From Fimbriimonadales bacterium (GTDB lineage: Bacteria; Armatimonadota; Fimbriimonadia; Fimbriimonadales; ATM1), in contig JBGTLG010000005.1 of assembly GCA_041744215.1 (NCBI GenBank), positions 27,713 to 91,712 on the forward strand: a stretch of 64,000 nucleotides of DNA. Direction: 5' to 3'. Positions within the stretch are counted from its first letter, which is position 1. Every line of letters starts with the position of its first letter. The notes beneath the pieces are model-generated. The model had not been told where the DNA came from. It saw only the letters and a program-made list of their open reading frames with translations, and made no database searches. The position numbers and the translations under genes are program-made. Below, in pieces: positions 50,337 to 59,934 of the stretch.

Positions 50337-50981
50337 CTACGTCGGGACCGTGCGCTCCTGCTCACGATCTGCCGCCGCGACGGCGGCGAGGAACGAGCGA
50401 ATGCGCCCGTGGTCTTTGATGCCAGGTGCGTCTTCGACACCGCTGCTCACGTCGACGCCATACGGTCGTACGATTCGGATGGCATCGTAAACGTTGTCAG
50501 GCGTCAATCCACCGGCCAAAATGGTGGGCTTGGAAAAACCTCGAACAAACTCCGCAGCAAGATCCCAGTCCAAGGTCTTTCCTGTTCCCCCATATGAAGC
50601 AGGATCGAATGCATCGAGGACAACGGCTTCGACCGAGTTTGGGTCGACGGACACATCTGACGGCAGTCGCACCACTTGATATCGTGAACCATGAAACATC
50701 TCGGGAGCATCCAGAGATTGAACAGCGTTGCACTCTGCAAGAAGCGAAACGAATCGGGACATATCAACGTCAGCAGCATTTCGCAGCGGATAGTGTCCAA
50801 ACACTGCGACACGCATCAAGTACACCGCCGGAACCGCGAGCGCGGCTTCGGCGTCCGAGGCGGCGATGATAAAACGCGGACTGCTCGGCTCGAAAACAAA
50901 TCCGACTGCGCTGGCGCCCGAATCGATAGCGCACTCGACATCTTCGGGCCGTGTGAGACCACAGATCTTAACTCTGGTCAT
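50337..50981 (-). CDS. trpF: Phosphoribosylanthranilate isomerase
   Basis: VKICGLT, GGTGKTLDW, LAGGLTPDNV, GVDVSSGVE. Confidence 0.95.
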   Translation of the reverse strand: MTRVKICGLTRPEDVECAIDSGASAVGFVFEPSSPRFIIAASDAEAALAVPAVYLMRVAVFGHYPLRNAADVDMSRFVSLLAECNAVQSLDAPEMFHGSRYQVVRLPSDVSVDPNSVEAVVLDAFDPASYGGTGKTLDWDLAAEFVRGFSKPTILAGGLTPDNVYDAIRIVRPYGVDVSSGVEDAPGIKDHGRIRSFLAAVAAADREQERTVPT

Positions 50982-51757
50982 TTCCCGAGTAGCGACCTCA
51001 CCGCGTTAACTAAGTCGCCCTGACTCAAAAGACTTTCGCCGACAAGAATCGCTTTCGCTCCGGCACTCGCGACGCGGCAGACATCGGCATGATCTCTGAT
51101 GGCGCTCTCGCTCACGACGACGCAGTCTTTTGGCGCGAGCGGCATAAGGCGTTCAGTAGTTGCGATGTCAGTCTCGAAGGTCCGCAAGTTGCGATTATTG
51201 ATGCCGAGCAGATTAGGTTTGAGATTCTCGGCGATGAGCAGCTCATGCTCGTCGTGGACTTCGACCAGAACGTCGAGGGCGATGCTTCGCGCTTCTTCAT
51301 GGAGGTCGTGCAGCATCGTGGCGCTTTCAAATGCCGCGACGATTAAAAGGATGCAATCGGCGCCGAACGCCTTGCTTTCATGCAGCTGATACGTGTCGAT
51401 GATGAAATCTTTGCGAAGCGTCGGCAGCGAAGTTGTAGCTCGCGCAGCGATCAAGTCTTGGTCGCTGCCGTGAAAAAACGGCTCGTCAGTCAAAACGCTC
51501 AGGCATGACGCGCCTGCTTGTTCATACTGAGAGGCGATCTGCGCGGGGTCGAAGTTGCTGCAAATCAGTCCTCGGCTCGGACTCGCCTTTTTCACCTCGG
51601 CGATAAGTGCGACAGGATTCGCGCCGGCGATCAACGCACTAACAAAGCCTCTGCGCGGCTCGCTGTAGGCCACCGTGTCTTTCAGCGCATCGAGTGAAGC
51701 GGTGCGCTCTCGGTTTGCGACATGTTCCCGCTTTCGATCCAAGATCTGATCAAGCAT
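50978..51757 (-). CDS. trpC: Indole-3-glycerol phosphate synthase
   Basis: IAEVKKASPSRG, SVLTD, LRKDFI, GINNRNL, VSESAI. Start could be 51775. Confidence 0.95.
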   Translation of the reverse strand: MLDQILDRKREHVANRERTASLDALKDTVAYSEPRRGFVSALIAGANPVALIAEVKKASPSRGLICSNFDPAQIASQYEQAGASCLSVLTDEPFFHGSDQDLIAARATTSLPTLRKDFIIDTYQLHESKAFGADCILLIVAAFESATMLHDLHEEARSIALDVLVEVHDEHELLIAENLKPNLLGINNRNLRTFETDIATTERLMPLAPKDCVVVSESAIRDHADVCRVASAGAKAILVGESLLSQGDLVNAVRSLLGK

Positions 51758-51764
51758 CGTTGCC

Positions 51765-52784
51765 TCACGCTTCATGGCTTTTCCTTATCAGCTCCGAAAG
51801 CTTTTCTGCAGCCTTTCCGCTCGCAACCGCATCGCGCGCCATCACAACGCCCGTCTGCAGATCTGGCGAAACCTCAGCTAGCCACAGCGCGACGCCTGCT
51901 CCCGGCAACACGGCGCGGCATTCCGGCGATCCAGCATCCGAAATCGCAACACGCAGCTTCTCAGCGTTCGCTTGCACGGTTTCGCCGCCTGCGATCTCGG
52001 CAAGCTCCGGTGGCTCGATGCCGAATTCCTCCGCCAGCATGTGCGATTCGGTAACCAAGCCGCCATCAACTGTTGCGAGCTTTGTCGCGCCAATCGGCGA
52101 CACCTCGTCGAGGCCGATCATGCCGTGAGCGACGACAGCGCGTTTGCAACCGAGCCTTCGCAAAACCTGAGCGATCTTCAAAGTCAAGTTTGGCGCGAAA
52201 ACGCCGATCAACTGCCTGTCAGCTCCGGCAGGATTCGTGAGCGGTCCAAGCAGATTGAATACCGTGCGCAGCTTCATTTCCTTTCGCGGCCCGGCTGCGT
52301 GCTTCATCGCAGGATGATAGTTTGGCGCGAAAAGAAACGCCAGCCCGATCTCGTCCAAGAGCCTCCCCGCTCCGTCCGCGGACATCGTGAGATTGACGCC
52401 GAGCGACTCGAGTACGTCTGCGCTGCCACACTTGCTCGTCACCGCGCGATTGCCGTGCTTTGCAATCGGCGCGCCGGCGGCAGATGCGACGATCGCCGCG
52501 GCAGTGCTGAGATTAAACGTCTTCACAGTGTCGCCGCCAGTTCCACACGTGTCGACGACATTCTCGTGTCTCGAGCGCACAGGCAAAACGCGTTCTCGCA
52601 TAACGCGCGCGAATCCCGTAATCTCGCTTCCCGTTTCCCCTTTCATCCGCAACGCGACAAGCAGGCCGGCAATCTGCGCAGGTGTGGCGTCGCCGTCCAT
52701 GATCGAGTTCATGACCAGCCGAGCCTCGCCCTCTCGCAGAGACTGGCGATTCGCCACGCGCTCGATCGCTTCGACAATCGTCAT
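51765..52784 (-). CDS. trpD: Anthranilate phosphoribosyltransferase
   Basis: DTCGTGGD, AKHGNRAVTSKCGSADVLE, RTVFNLLGPLTNP, GLDE. Confidence 0.96.
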   Translation of the reverse strand: MTIVEAIERVANRQSLREGEARLVMNSIMDGDATPAQIAGLLVALRMKGETGSEITGFARVMRERVLPVRSRHENVVDTCGTGGDTVKTFNLSTAAAIVASAAGAPIAKHGNRAVTSKCGSADVLESLGVNLTMSADGAGRLLDEIGLAFLFAPNYHPAMKHAAGPRKEMKLRTVFNLLGPLTNPAGADRQLIGVFAPNLTLKIAQVLRRLGCKRAVVAHGMIGLDEVSPIGATKLATVDGGLVTESHMLAEEFGIEPPELAEIAGGETVQANAEKLRVAISDAGSPECRAVLPGAGVALWLAEVSPDLQTGVVMARDAVASGKAAEKLSELIRKSHEA

Positions 52785-52835
52785 CGAGGCAGGATTATGC
52801 CCCGCTCAAGCACATCGCGGCCGAAGCAAGCGAAA

Positions 52836-54107
52836 CTACGAGACCGCGTCCAGCGCCTTCGACGTCTTCGCGACGATCTGATCGATGAGCTTCTCGTCGA
52901 CGATCAGAGGCGGAGCGAAGCGAAATGTCCGGTTGCGAGTCTCCTTCGTCAGTATCCCCTGCTCGACAAAAGCTTTCGACAGCTTCTTCGTGTCCGTGCC
53001 TTCCAGCACTTCCAAACCAATGAGCAGCCCTTGGCCGCGCACGTCTTCAATGCACTTGTGCGGGAGCGCCTTCAACTTGGAAAGCAACAACGCGCCCATC
53101 TTTTCGCTGTTCGCGCAAAAATCCTTCTGCTCCATCTCGGCCATCGCCGCAAGCGCGACAACGCAACCGACAGGATTGCCACCGAACGTGCTGCCATGAT
53201 CGCCGGGCACAAACACCTTCATTACAGGCTCCAAGCCGACAACCGCCGCGACAGGGAAGATGCCGCCGCCGAGCGCTTTGCCCAAACACATCATGTCCGG
53301 CTTGGCGTCTTCATGCATCCACGCGAACTTCTTGCCTGTGCGCGCAAAGCCCGTTTGAATCTCATCCCAAATCAACAGCACGTTGTTCGCTGTGCAAACC
53401 TTGCGCAGCTCCGCCATGTATCCGGGCGGTGGAAAGATGATCCCCCCCTCCGCCTGCACCGGCTCCATCAAAACGGCGCACGTGTTCGGCGTAATCGCAG
53501 CCTTCACTGCATCGATATCGCCGAATGGAACGATCTTGAAGCCGGGTCCAAAGGGACCGAACTGCTCGTTGTATTGCTTCTCGGTGCTGAAAGAAACGAT
53601 CGTCGTTGTTCGCCCATGAAAGTTGTCTTGCGCGACGATGATCTCCGCTTTGTCTTTCGGAACTCCCTTCACGGTGTATGCCCATTTGCGTGCGAGTTTT
53701 ATCGCAGTCTCCACCGCTTCCGCGCCGGTGTTCATCGGACACGCGAGATCCATGTCGGTGTATTCACAAATCCCCTTCAAAAACAGCGCTAACTCCGACG
53801 TGTACATCGCGCGCGAGACCAGCGTCACTTTGTCGAGCTGTTCGACCACCGACTTCGTAATGAACTCGCTCAGGTGTCCATGCGCGACTGCCGAATAGCA
53901 TCCGATGCAGTCGATGTACTCTTTGCCGTCGCCGTCATACGCGTATGCGCCCTTGGCTCGCACCACGTTGACCGGAAGCGGGTGGTAGTTGTGCGTGCCA
54001 AATCGCTCCGTCATCTCGATCGCTTGCGCGTCGGACAGGTCTTCGACGACTTTGCGGACGCCGTTTTCGAGAATGTCTTGCCAGATTGTTTTTGCGGTGG
54101 TTGCCAT
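52836..54107 (-). CDS. rocD: Ornithine aminotransferase (class III PLP enzyme)
   Basis: THNYHPLPV, CYSAVAHGH, PMNTGAEAVETAIKLARKWAY, NFHGRT, EPVQAEGG, DEIQTG, GKALGGG, HGSTFGGNP; SD GAGG before MATTAK. Confidence 0.92.
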   Translation of the reverse strand: MATTAKTIWQDILENGVRKVVEDLSDAQAIEMTERFGTHNYHPLPVNVVRAKGAYAYDGDGKEYIDCIGCYSAVAHGHLSEFITKSVVEQLDKVTLVSRAMYTSELALFLKGICEYTDMDLACPMNTGAEAVETAIKLARKWAYTVKGVPKDKAEIIVAQDNFHGRTTTIVSFSTEKQYNEQFGPFGPGFKIVPFGDIDAVKAAITPNTCAVLMEPVQAEGGIIFPPPGYMAELRKVCTANNVLLIWDEIQTGFARTGKKFAWMHEDAKPDMMCLGKALGGGIFPVAAVVGLEPVMKVFVPGDHGSTFGGNPVGCVVALAAMAEMEQKDFCANSEKMGALLLSKLKALPHKCIEDVRGQGLLIGLEVLEGTDTKKLSKAFVEQGILTKETRNRTFRFAPPLIVDEKLIDQIVAKTSKALDAVS

Positions 54108-54138
54108 GTTCGTTCCTCGTTCAGTGTTTTGCAGTGTC

Positions 54139-54184
54139 AAAACAAGAAAGCCACGCCAAGCGGGATGCCCGTTTGGAGCGCGCT
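54139..54184 (-). terminator. Intrinsic terminator/attenuator in the rocD leader
   Basis: Minus strand CCAAACGGG-CAT-CCCGCTTGG hairpin (one mismatch, extendable), followed by TTTCTTGTTTT about 30 nt before the rocD start. Confidence 0.65.
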
Positions 54185-54208
54185 AACCGGCGAAAAGCGA
54201 CGCGCCCC

Positions 54209-54259
54209 TTATCGGGCTCGTCGTCGCAATCGATTCGCGGTGTAGTCGCTCAACAGCAT
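54209..54259 (-). CDS. Arg-rich leader peptide MLLSDYTANRLRRRAR (putative attenuator peptide)
   Basis: ATG CTG TTG AGC GAC TAC ACC GCG AAT CGA TTG CGA CGA CGA GCC CGA TAA; all five Arg codons are CGA; -10-like TAAAAT at 54288-54283. Confidence 0.7.
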   Translation of the reverse strand: MLLSDYTANRLRRRAR

Positions 54260-55078
54260 CGCTTGGCGTGACCTTGGACGGCATTTTACCCAACCGCCCC
54301 GCGCGGCAACCTTGCGCGTTCAAACTGCCAGTAGGCTTTGGCTCTCCGCCCAGCCTCCGGCGAGCTGCCCGACTGATGTTAGGGGCTAATGTGCTGTTTC
54401 GTGGGTTGACGAAGAAATGTTCACGCCTCACCGGCCGCACTGGACTCATCGAACTCATCACGTTTTAATATTGTTAACGCGGTTTCTTGAGTTCACGGGA
54501 TGGGTCGCGTCCGGTGTTGCGATCAGTTAGGACGCATTCGTTCCCGTACAGGGCCACCGTCGGTTAAGTCCTCGGGGAGGGCAGAAGTCAACCTGTTATA
54601 AGATTGCGAGCCAGATCGGCCGTGTTGGCTGAGATGGGATGCGGCCCAATGCCGTTCACGGACAGTTTCTTTGGGCGCGGTCCGCATACGAAGTTTGCTT
54701 AAGAGTTTGTCGGTGCCGCCCCGTCGAGGCACTGTAACTGTGTAACACCACACATGGAAGGAGTTAGCGAGGCCACCGGTGCCCCCCACGTAGCAGCACA
54801 TCCGGCACTTCGCCAGGCAATTCTACGTATGGAAGAGTTCAGGAGCAAAAGCGGCCCTATCGGCGGCTCCAGGCTCGGCCTGAGAGCCATCGCGGGGGCT
54901 GACTGTCGAGGGTGCTCTAACTGCAAAGCGTCGCTGGGCTGAGTGGCAGCCAGGAACGCCGGAAGGGAATCTCTCGGCAGCGATGGAACATTTGGGAATC
55001 CGAGGTATTCGGGTTAAGTTGACCGTTGTCCGGCCGCTCACGATGGCGAGCCTGGCCACAGAGCAGGAGGGAAGTGCA

Positions 55079-55774
55079 GTGGATGGAACTGGAAAACCGC
55101 TATCGAGTCGTGAGAGACAGTTGATGACCCTGGCGGCGCAGGGCGAGACCGACGATGGCATTGCCCACAAAATCGGCATAGCCAGGGGAACCATCGCCAC
55201 GTATTGGACCCGGATCCGCGCAAAGATGGGGCCGCATAACCGCGTAGAGCTTGTTGCAAGGTTCCTGCAAGCGCATGAAGAATCTGTGATCGCTGAACTG
55301 AACGCAGAGATCCAGCGGCTCAAAGGAACGGTTGAACATATCGGCGACGAGGGGCCGCAAGAAGTCGGCTTCTTCCGCGCCCTCCTCGAAGAGTCGCCGG
55401 ATGTCGTGCTCGTGGTGGACAGCGATAACAGAATCGCGTTCGCCAATCACGCGGCCCAGCACTTTTTGGGGTACTCGGAAGATGAGTTCATTGGGCTTGC
55501 TCTTCAAACACTCTTGCCGGAGCGCTACCATGGGATCCACAAGAAGCATGTGGCCGAGTACCGCCGGAAACCTACCTCACGATGAATGGGCGAGCACAAG
55601 GCGACGCTTGCTCGGAAGAAAGACGGCACCGAGGTCTTCATATCCGCAGCGCTGTCGACAGTTCACGTCGCGGACGAAGACTGGGTCATCTGCTCGATCC
55701 AGCGGACCTTGCCTCTGCGTGGTGGCGAGCCTGCTCCCAAACAGCAGCAGATTCAATCCGAGCGAACGCCCTAA
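55079..55774 (+). pseudogene. LuxR-HTH + PAS regulator interrupted by an in-frame TGA at 55583-55585
   Basis: LSSRERQLMTLAAQG..IAHKIGIARGTIATYWTRIRAKMG (LuxR HTH). The PAS domain continues in frame across the stop: KPTSR*MGEHKATLARKKDGTEVFISAALS. Confidence 0.75.
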
Positions 55775-55783
55775 GATTCTGAC

Positions 55784-55951
55784 TCACACTTCGGACACCC
55801 GCCGCGCGCGAACCGGTGCGCGCCGGTAGTTGGAATTCGTGGGAATCACGCGGTCCCTAACCACCGTGCCGCTCTTCGTGCGTGCGAAAACGGTGTTGCC
55901 GCTCTTGCCGGAAAGGTAATCCGCAAAAGCGCCCAATTTGAAAAGTGCCAT
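55784..55951 (-). pseudogene. Truncated paralog of 56017-56733
   Basis: MALFKLGAFADYLSGKSGNTVFARTKSGTVVRDRVIPTN, then similarity is lost; SD GGGAGGT. Confidence 0.75.
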
Positions 55952-55982
55952 CAGACACCTCCCATGCTATGGAGAAGGGGCC

Positions 55983-56000
55983 GCCCCGTAAACACGGGGC
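55983..56000. other. GC-rich hairpin between the paralogs
   Basis: GCCCCGT-AAAC-ACGGGGC just downstream of the 56017 stop. Confidence 0.5.
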
Positions 56001-56016
56001 AGCGGGGAAAGGGGGA

Positions 56017-56733
56017 TCAGGCGGCCTTCTTGCCGACCTTCACCTTCTTCGTAGCAGGAGCGCCCTGCACAACAGAGAACGCAACTGTCTGAACAGGAAG
56101 CGTCTGCGGATGAGTCGCCTGACCGGTCAGCGTATTCACAAACCGGTACGCGGCCGCATAGAAGCCCGTCGGAACGGGGACCGTCGTCGGCCCCTCGCTC
56201 TCCATAGAAAAGAACCCATGCGAGCGATACGCGCCCTTCTGGGGCTTTCTGTCCGCCGAAGCCAGCGACTGAAGCAGGATCTCGGTCTTCACGTTCGCGG
56301 TGTTATCGCCGCTCGATTCAAACGTGATCTGCCCGGTACCGGCTGTCGCCGAAAGGGTGATGTCGTCGCCCAAGAAGTTGCTCTGGGGGGGGTCAACGGG
56401 GATCGTCCCGCCGGGATTCACCTGCAGGAACTTGGTCGAAAGAGCGGTATACACGTTGATGCCGTTCTTCTTGCGCAGCCTGCCGCCCTTGCTCCGCGTT
56501 ACGAAGCGCTCGGCATAGTTGTTCCACGCCTGAATCTGCAGCGAAGTGAGGGTGGGGAACTTCTGAGTCGCGTCCCGCATGTTGCCTCTCACAAACTGCT
56601 GTGCGCCGGTGTTGGGGTTCGTAGGTATCACGCGATCCCTGATCACCGTGCCGCTCTTGGTCTTTACGAAGACCGTGTTACCGGCCTTTCCAGAGATGTA
56701 GTCGGCGAATGCGCCGAGCTTAAAAAGGGCCAT
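56017..56733 (-). CDS. Hypothetical protein, DUF6266-like N-terminus
   Basis: ISGKAGNTVF...RDRVIPTNPNTGAQQFVR..., basic C-terminal tail KKVKVGKKAA; strong SD AAGGAGGT. Confidence 0.75.
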   Translation of the reverse strand: MALFKLGAFADYISGKAGNTVFVKTKSGTVIRDRVIPTNPNTGAQQFVRGNMRDATQKFPTLTSLQIQAWNNYAERFVTRSKGGRLRKKNGINVYTALSTKFLQVNPGGTIPVDPPQSNFLGDDITLSATAGTGQITFESSGDNTANVKTEILLQSLASADRKPQKGAYRSHGFFSMESEGPTTVPVPTGFYAAAYRFVNTLTGQATHPQTLPVQTVAFSVVQGAPATKKVKVGKKAA

Positions 56734-56874
56734 TGTTCAGATGACCTCCTTCCTATGGTGTAGACGGTCAGCGCCACAAGCGAGCCAACTCATCCCAGCA
56801 ACATTGTCGGCATGAGATATTGAGTTCTTAAGACTTATCCACCGACAGAAGCCCATCTGCCACTCTTTGTACGG

Positions 56875-56958
56875 TTACCCGCCAACGCCTGCCCTAGCTT
56901 CGTGGAAGTAACCATCGACCAAATCATGGAAGGTGATGTTCTTGAGTTCGAGCTTCAT
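56875..56958 (-). pseudogene. N-terminal remnant of a DUF262/HNH (GmrSD-like) gene
   Basis: MKLELKNITFHDLVDGYFHEARAGVGG* resembles, from memory, the N-terminus of DUF262-HNH proteins (MKIEL..IT..ELV.GY.D..E.GV.GY). Confidence 0.4.
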
Positions 56959-57130
56959 GGATGTGCTTGCGCCAATTCATCATGGGCAAAGCATCGTTTT
57001 GGCCTCCTACAGAGTTGTTCCAGCGCAGACCTCTCTATGACGGGCCGTTTAACCTCCCCATCGCTACGATAAACGACAAGGAGACGGGGTTCGGCGACGA
57101 TTCGGTTTACTGGGGGTAGAGTCAGAGCGG

Positions 57131-58279
57131 ATGGAGTTTAGACAGGCAGATTGGACAGAAGCTGAGGCATTCTGCAGCGACATTTCCCGGATCGCGGACA
57201 AGCTCGCGGATCATCCAACTGGGACGTTGAAGCGATCTCCGGATAATCCGAACTTGACCAGAGCCGTGGTTTACAACTTAATCCTGCAGAGGAATCGATG
57301 CCGCCCCGTAAAGGTGGATCCGATGAAGTTCGCATTGGAACTACTTTCTGCGCATCGCGGGCTGTATGGAGGGCCAGTTGCTGCCCTGGAAGGCAGCAAT
57401 GAGCATTTCAACAACGCCTTCTTTGGAACACCTTCGTTCTGCTGGCCGATCATGTGCGGATGGGAGCATACTTGGCACGTCATCGGTCCTGAATACCTGT
57501 ATCCTGATATCGAGTTCGTACCTACACGAGAGTACTGCCTAATGGAGGACTCCAAGTTCATCGGCATACGGGCGCAAACTAGCCACAAGAAGGTCTCGAG
57601 CATGTCGGTTGTGGCAGTCCCGCGAGGAGACAGTCCCGCCACCCAAGAGATTATTGAACGAAGTATCAATCGCGAGGAAAGATACAACTTCCACTCCCGC
57701 TTACCGAGCGGCCACAATGCTTCTATTCAGCTTGAAATTCACACCAGTGCTTCAAAGCTCGATTATTGTGTTCACATCCGAACCGACGAGGGTTTTGAAG
57801 GCATTGGAACCAAGAAATGGAAGTCAGCGAGAGAAATATCGACGGGCCAAGTCCTTGCGTTAATCCTTAACAAGGACGCCAGAGTTATTAAAAACGTTCG
57901 CGAGCAATCCGTACAGAGTAGCCCGATCGACCTGTGGTATCAACTCGAGACCTGTGGACATGAAATAGGTATGCAAGTTACAACGCTTGAACCCCCCGAG
58001 GTGTATTCAAGCTTGGCCAGAGGAGAGAAGATAAGCCTAACGTATGATCGGGCAACCTTGCTCGCTCTTGTTCGTAATGCTCTTGAACGCAAGCGAATGC
58101 AATCCTCGTCAGGAGTTCACTTGTTGTTGGACTGCGGTTTCCTGATACCATCATGCGACGTTTTCGAGGCCGATGTAAAGATGTTGATAGCGGAAAATCC
58201 CCCCGAGTACCAAAGCATTTGGCTGGTGAGCCGAGTGGACAGGACGGCGAGGTGCGTGTCCGGCGCCAATCCCTTCTGA
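57131..58279 (+). CDS. Hypothetical protein, possible C-terminal restriction-endonuclease-like fold
   Basis: 382-aa ORF; PIDLWY...IGMQVT...LLLD...IWLV pattern is reminiscent of PD-(D/E)xK folds (weak). Confidence 0.55.
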   Translation: MEFRQADWTEAEAFCSDISRIADKLADHPTGTLKRSPDNPNLTRAVVYNLILQRNRCRPVKVDPMKFALELLSAHRGLYGGPVAALEGSNEHFNNAFFGTPSFCWPIMCGWEHTWHVIGPEYLYPDIEFVPTREYCLMEDSKFIGIRAQTSHKKVSSMSVVAVPRGDSPATQEIIERSINREERYNFHSRLPSGHNASIQLEIHTSASKLDYCVHIRTDEGFEGIGTKKWKSAREISTGQVLALILNKDARVIKNVREQSVQSSPIDLWYQLETCGHEIGMQVTTLEPPEVYSSLARGEKISLTYDRATLLALVRNALERKRMQSSSGVHLLLDCGFLIPSCDVFEADVKMLIAENPPEYQSIWLVSRVDRTARCVSGANPF

Positions 58280-58499
58280 AACTGCTCCGCGCTTACATTT
58301 GCGTAGGCAAATCCACCACAACCTATTCAACTTCACCGAATTGCTCGCTTAGCCGGGAACCACGGCGCTCACCGTCTTGCTCAAATGCCCCGCCTCGTCG
58401 CGCGTGCTCATCCGGCGCCCGATGAAGTGCGCGTGTCGGTCGTCAGGCGCCGCCAAGTGTCGAACTGGTCCTCAGGGTCGGGCATGAACCCGCAGGCTG

Positions 58500-59933
58500 T
58501 TACGAGTGACAGTCGAGGCCATGGTCCGAAGCACATTTTCTCAATTCGTTCTCGACTTTGCTCACGCAATCCTGGTCTCCGAAGACATATACACGAAGCA
58601 TCTGATACTCGCTCTTTGCAAGCTGGCTTGCAATGCTTTCTTGCATGTCGTAGATCGGTTTGACCGTGTCGCCGCATTCTATCCTGATTGCTTTCTCGAA
58701 GCCCGTGTCGTCATCGCTTGCCTTGGAGCTTGGGTTGTTCGGTCTTGCGAGCGGCCTAAACGTCTTTGACCACAGAATGCAATTGTCTTTGCTTGTTGCA
58801 TTCTCCATGATCGCACCTTGTATCGCGGCCTCCTTCTCAGCGAAGTCCTGACCGCGCTTATCGTCGACAATTCGCTCAAGCGAGTAGAGTCGGTGTGCCG
58901 GGCTGCGCGTGAGTAGACGCTCGAAACAATGCTGTTCGAGTGTCGTCAATTCCCCTTCCCTCTCTTCCATAACGCTTCTAAACCTCGACCACAAGAACTG
59001 GTCATCCATCGTGCGCCACTTGTTCTCCTTGATGTTAGCTATCACGGTGTCCTTGTCAAGTTTGATTTCACCGAGTCGGAGAAGCGCAATGACACATTGC
59101 TTAAGCATAATCTCAAAGCCGACAACATCGTGTTGAAAGATCACTTGAAGGTAGTCGAACATCCTAGACAGCAAGAAGTGGTCGGCAGCACGAACAGCAG
59201 ACCGTTTGAGCGCGACGATTTGCGCGGGCTGCCCATCCTCCTTCTCCTTTGGGTTGTCCATCAGATGTAGCTTGCGGATAAGAAAATCCCTGTCAAGAAA
59301 CCCGTATGGTATACCCGTCGCTTGGGACGAGCGCATCAGATAGTCTAAGCGATCCGCGTCGAGGTCCGATGAAACCAAGTTTGAAAAGATCGTGGACTCA
59401 TCGCTGCTGAATACTCGCGCAATCGTCTCGGGGTCATACCCTCCTCCCTCAATGACCGTGCGTAGCTCCTCATCGTTGCGAAGGACTTGACGCCCGACGT
59501 CTTCGTGCCTCAAGAATGCCGGCCTCTCTTTGCCAACAAGCCCAATCTCCTTTTTCGGCGTCACTTTCAACAGACTGCTGTAGTGGTCCTCCGCTGCACT
59601 CTCCACCGCATGCGCGCCAAAGTAGTGGCCGACGTCATGGAGTACCATCGCAAGCCGATGTTTTTGCCAATTCTTCGCCTGTTCTTCGCAACCTTGACGG
59701 CCGTGTCCAAGCTGTTCCAGGATCTGGCCGAAGATGTGGCACGCTCCAAGTGAGTGGGTGAAGCGCGAATACGTCGCACTCGGGAACACCAAACTGACGA
59801 CTCCCAATTGCGATACGCGCCTTAATCGCTGGAAGGCCTGAGTATTGATGACATCCGTCTCAATCTTCGTCAGCGGGATCGACCCGTAGAGCGGATCGCT
59901 GATCCAAGTGACAAACTCGAACTCGGTGGGCAT
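58500..59933 (-). CDS. HD-domain dNTP triphosphohydrolase-like protein (SAMHD1/YwfO family)
   Basis: ISDPLYGSI, FQRLRRVSQLG, YSRFTHSLG, LHDVGH, RHE, DLDADRLDYLMR. Confidence 0.88.
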   Translation of the reverse strand: MPTEFEFVTWISDPLYGSIPLTKIETDVINTQAFQRLRRVSQLGVVSLVFPSATYSRFTHSLGACHIFGQILEQLGHGRQGCEEQAKNWQKHRLAMVLHDVGHYFGAHAVESAAEDHYSSLLKVTPKKEIGLVGKERPAFLRHEDVGRQVLRNDEELRTVIEGGGYDPETIARVFSSDESTIFSNLVSSDLDADRLDYLMRSSQATGIPYGFLDRDFLIRKLHLMDNPKEKEDGQPAQIVALKRSAVRAADHFLLSRMFDYLQVIFQHDVVGFEIMLKQCVIALLRLGEIKLDKDTVIANIKENKWRTMDDQFLWSRFRSVMEEREGELTTLEQHCFERLLTRSPAHRLYSLERIVDDKRGQDFAEKEAAIQGAIMENATSKDNCILWSKTFRPLARPNNPSSKASDDDTGFEKAIRIECGDTVKPIYDMQESIASQLAKSEYQMLRVYVFGDQDCVSKVENELRKCASDHGLDCHS

Positions 59934-59934
59934 C

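Noticed and set aside
51972-53792. 606-aa plus-strand ORF
   Set aside because: Antisense shadow of trpD/rocD; Arg/His-rich with no recognisable motifs.
30968-55585. Genome-wide stop-codon reassignment suggested by two in-frame stops
   Set aside because: The two stops differ (TAG and TGA), and both codons end many intact genes in this window at the expected positions.
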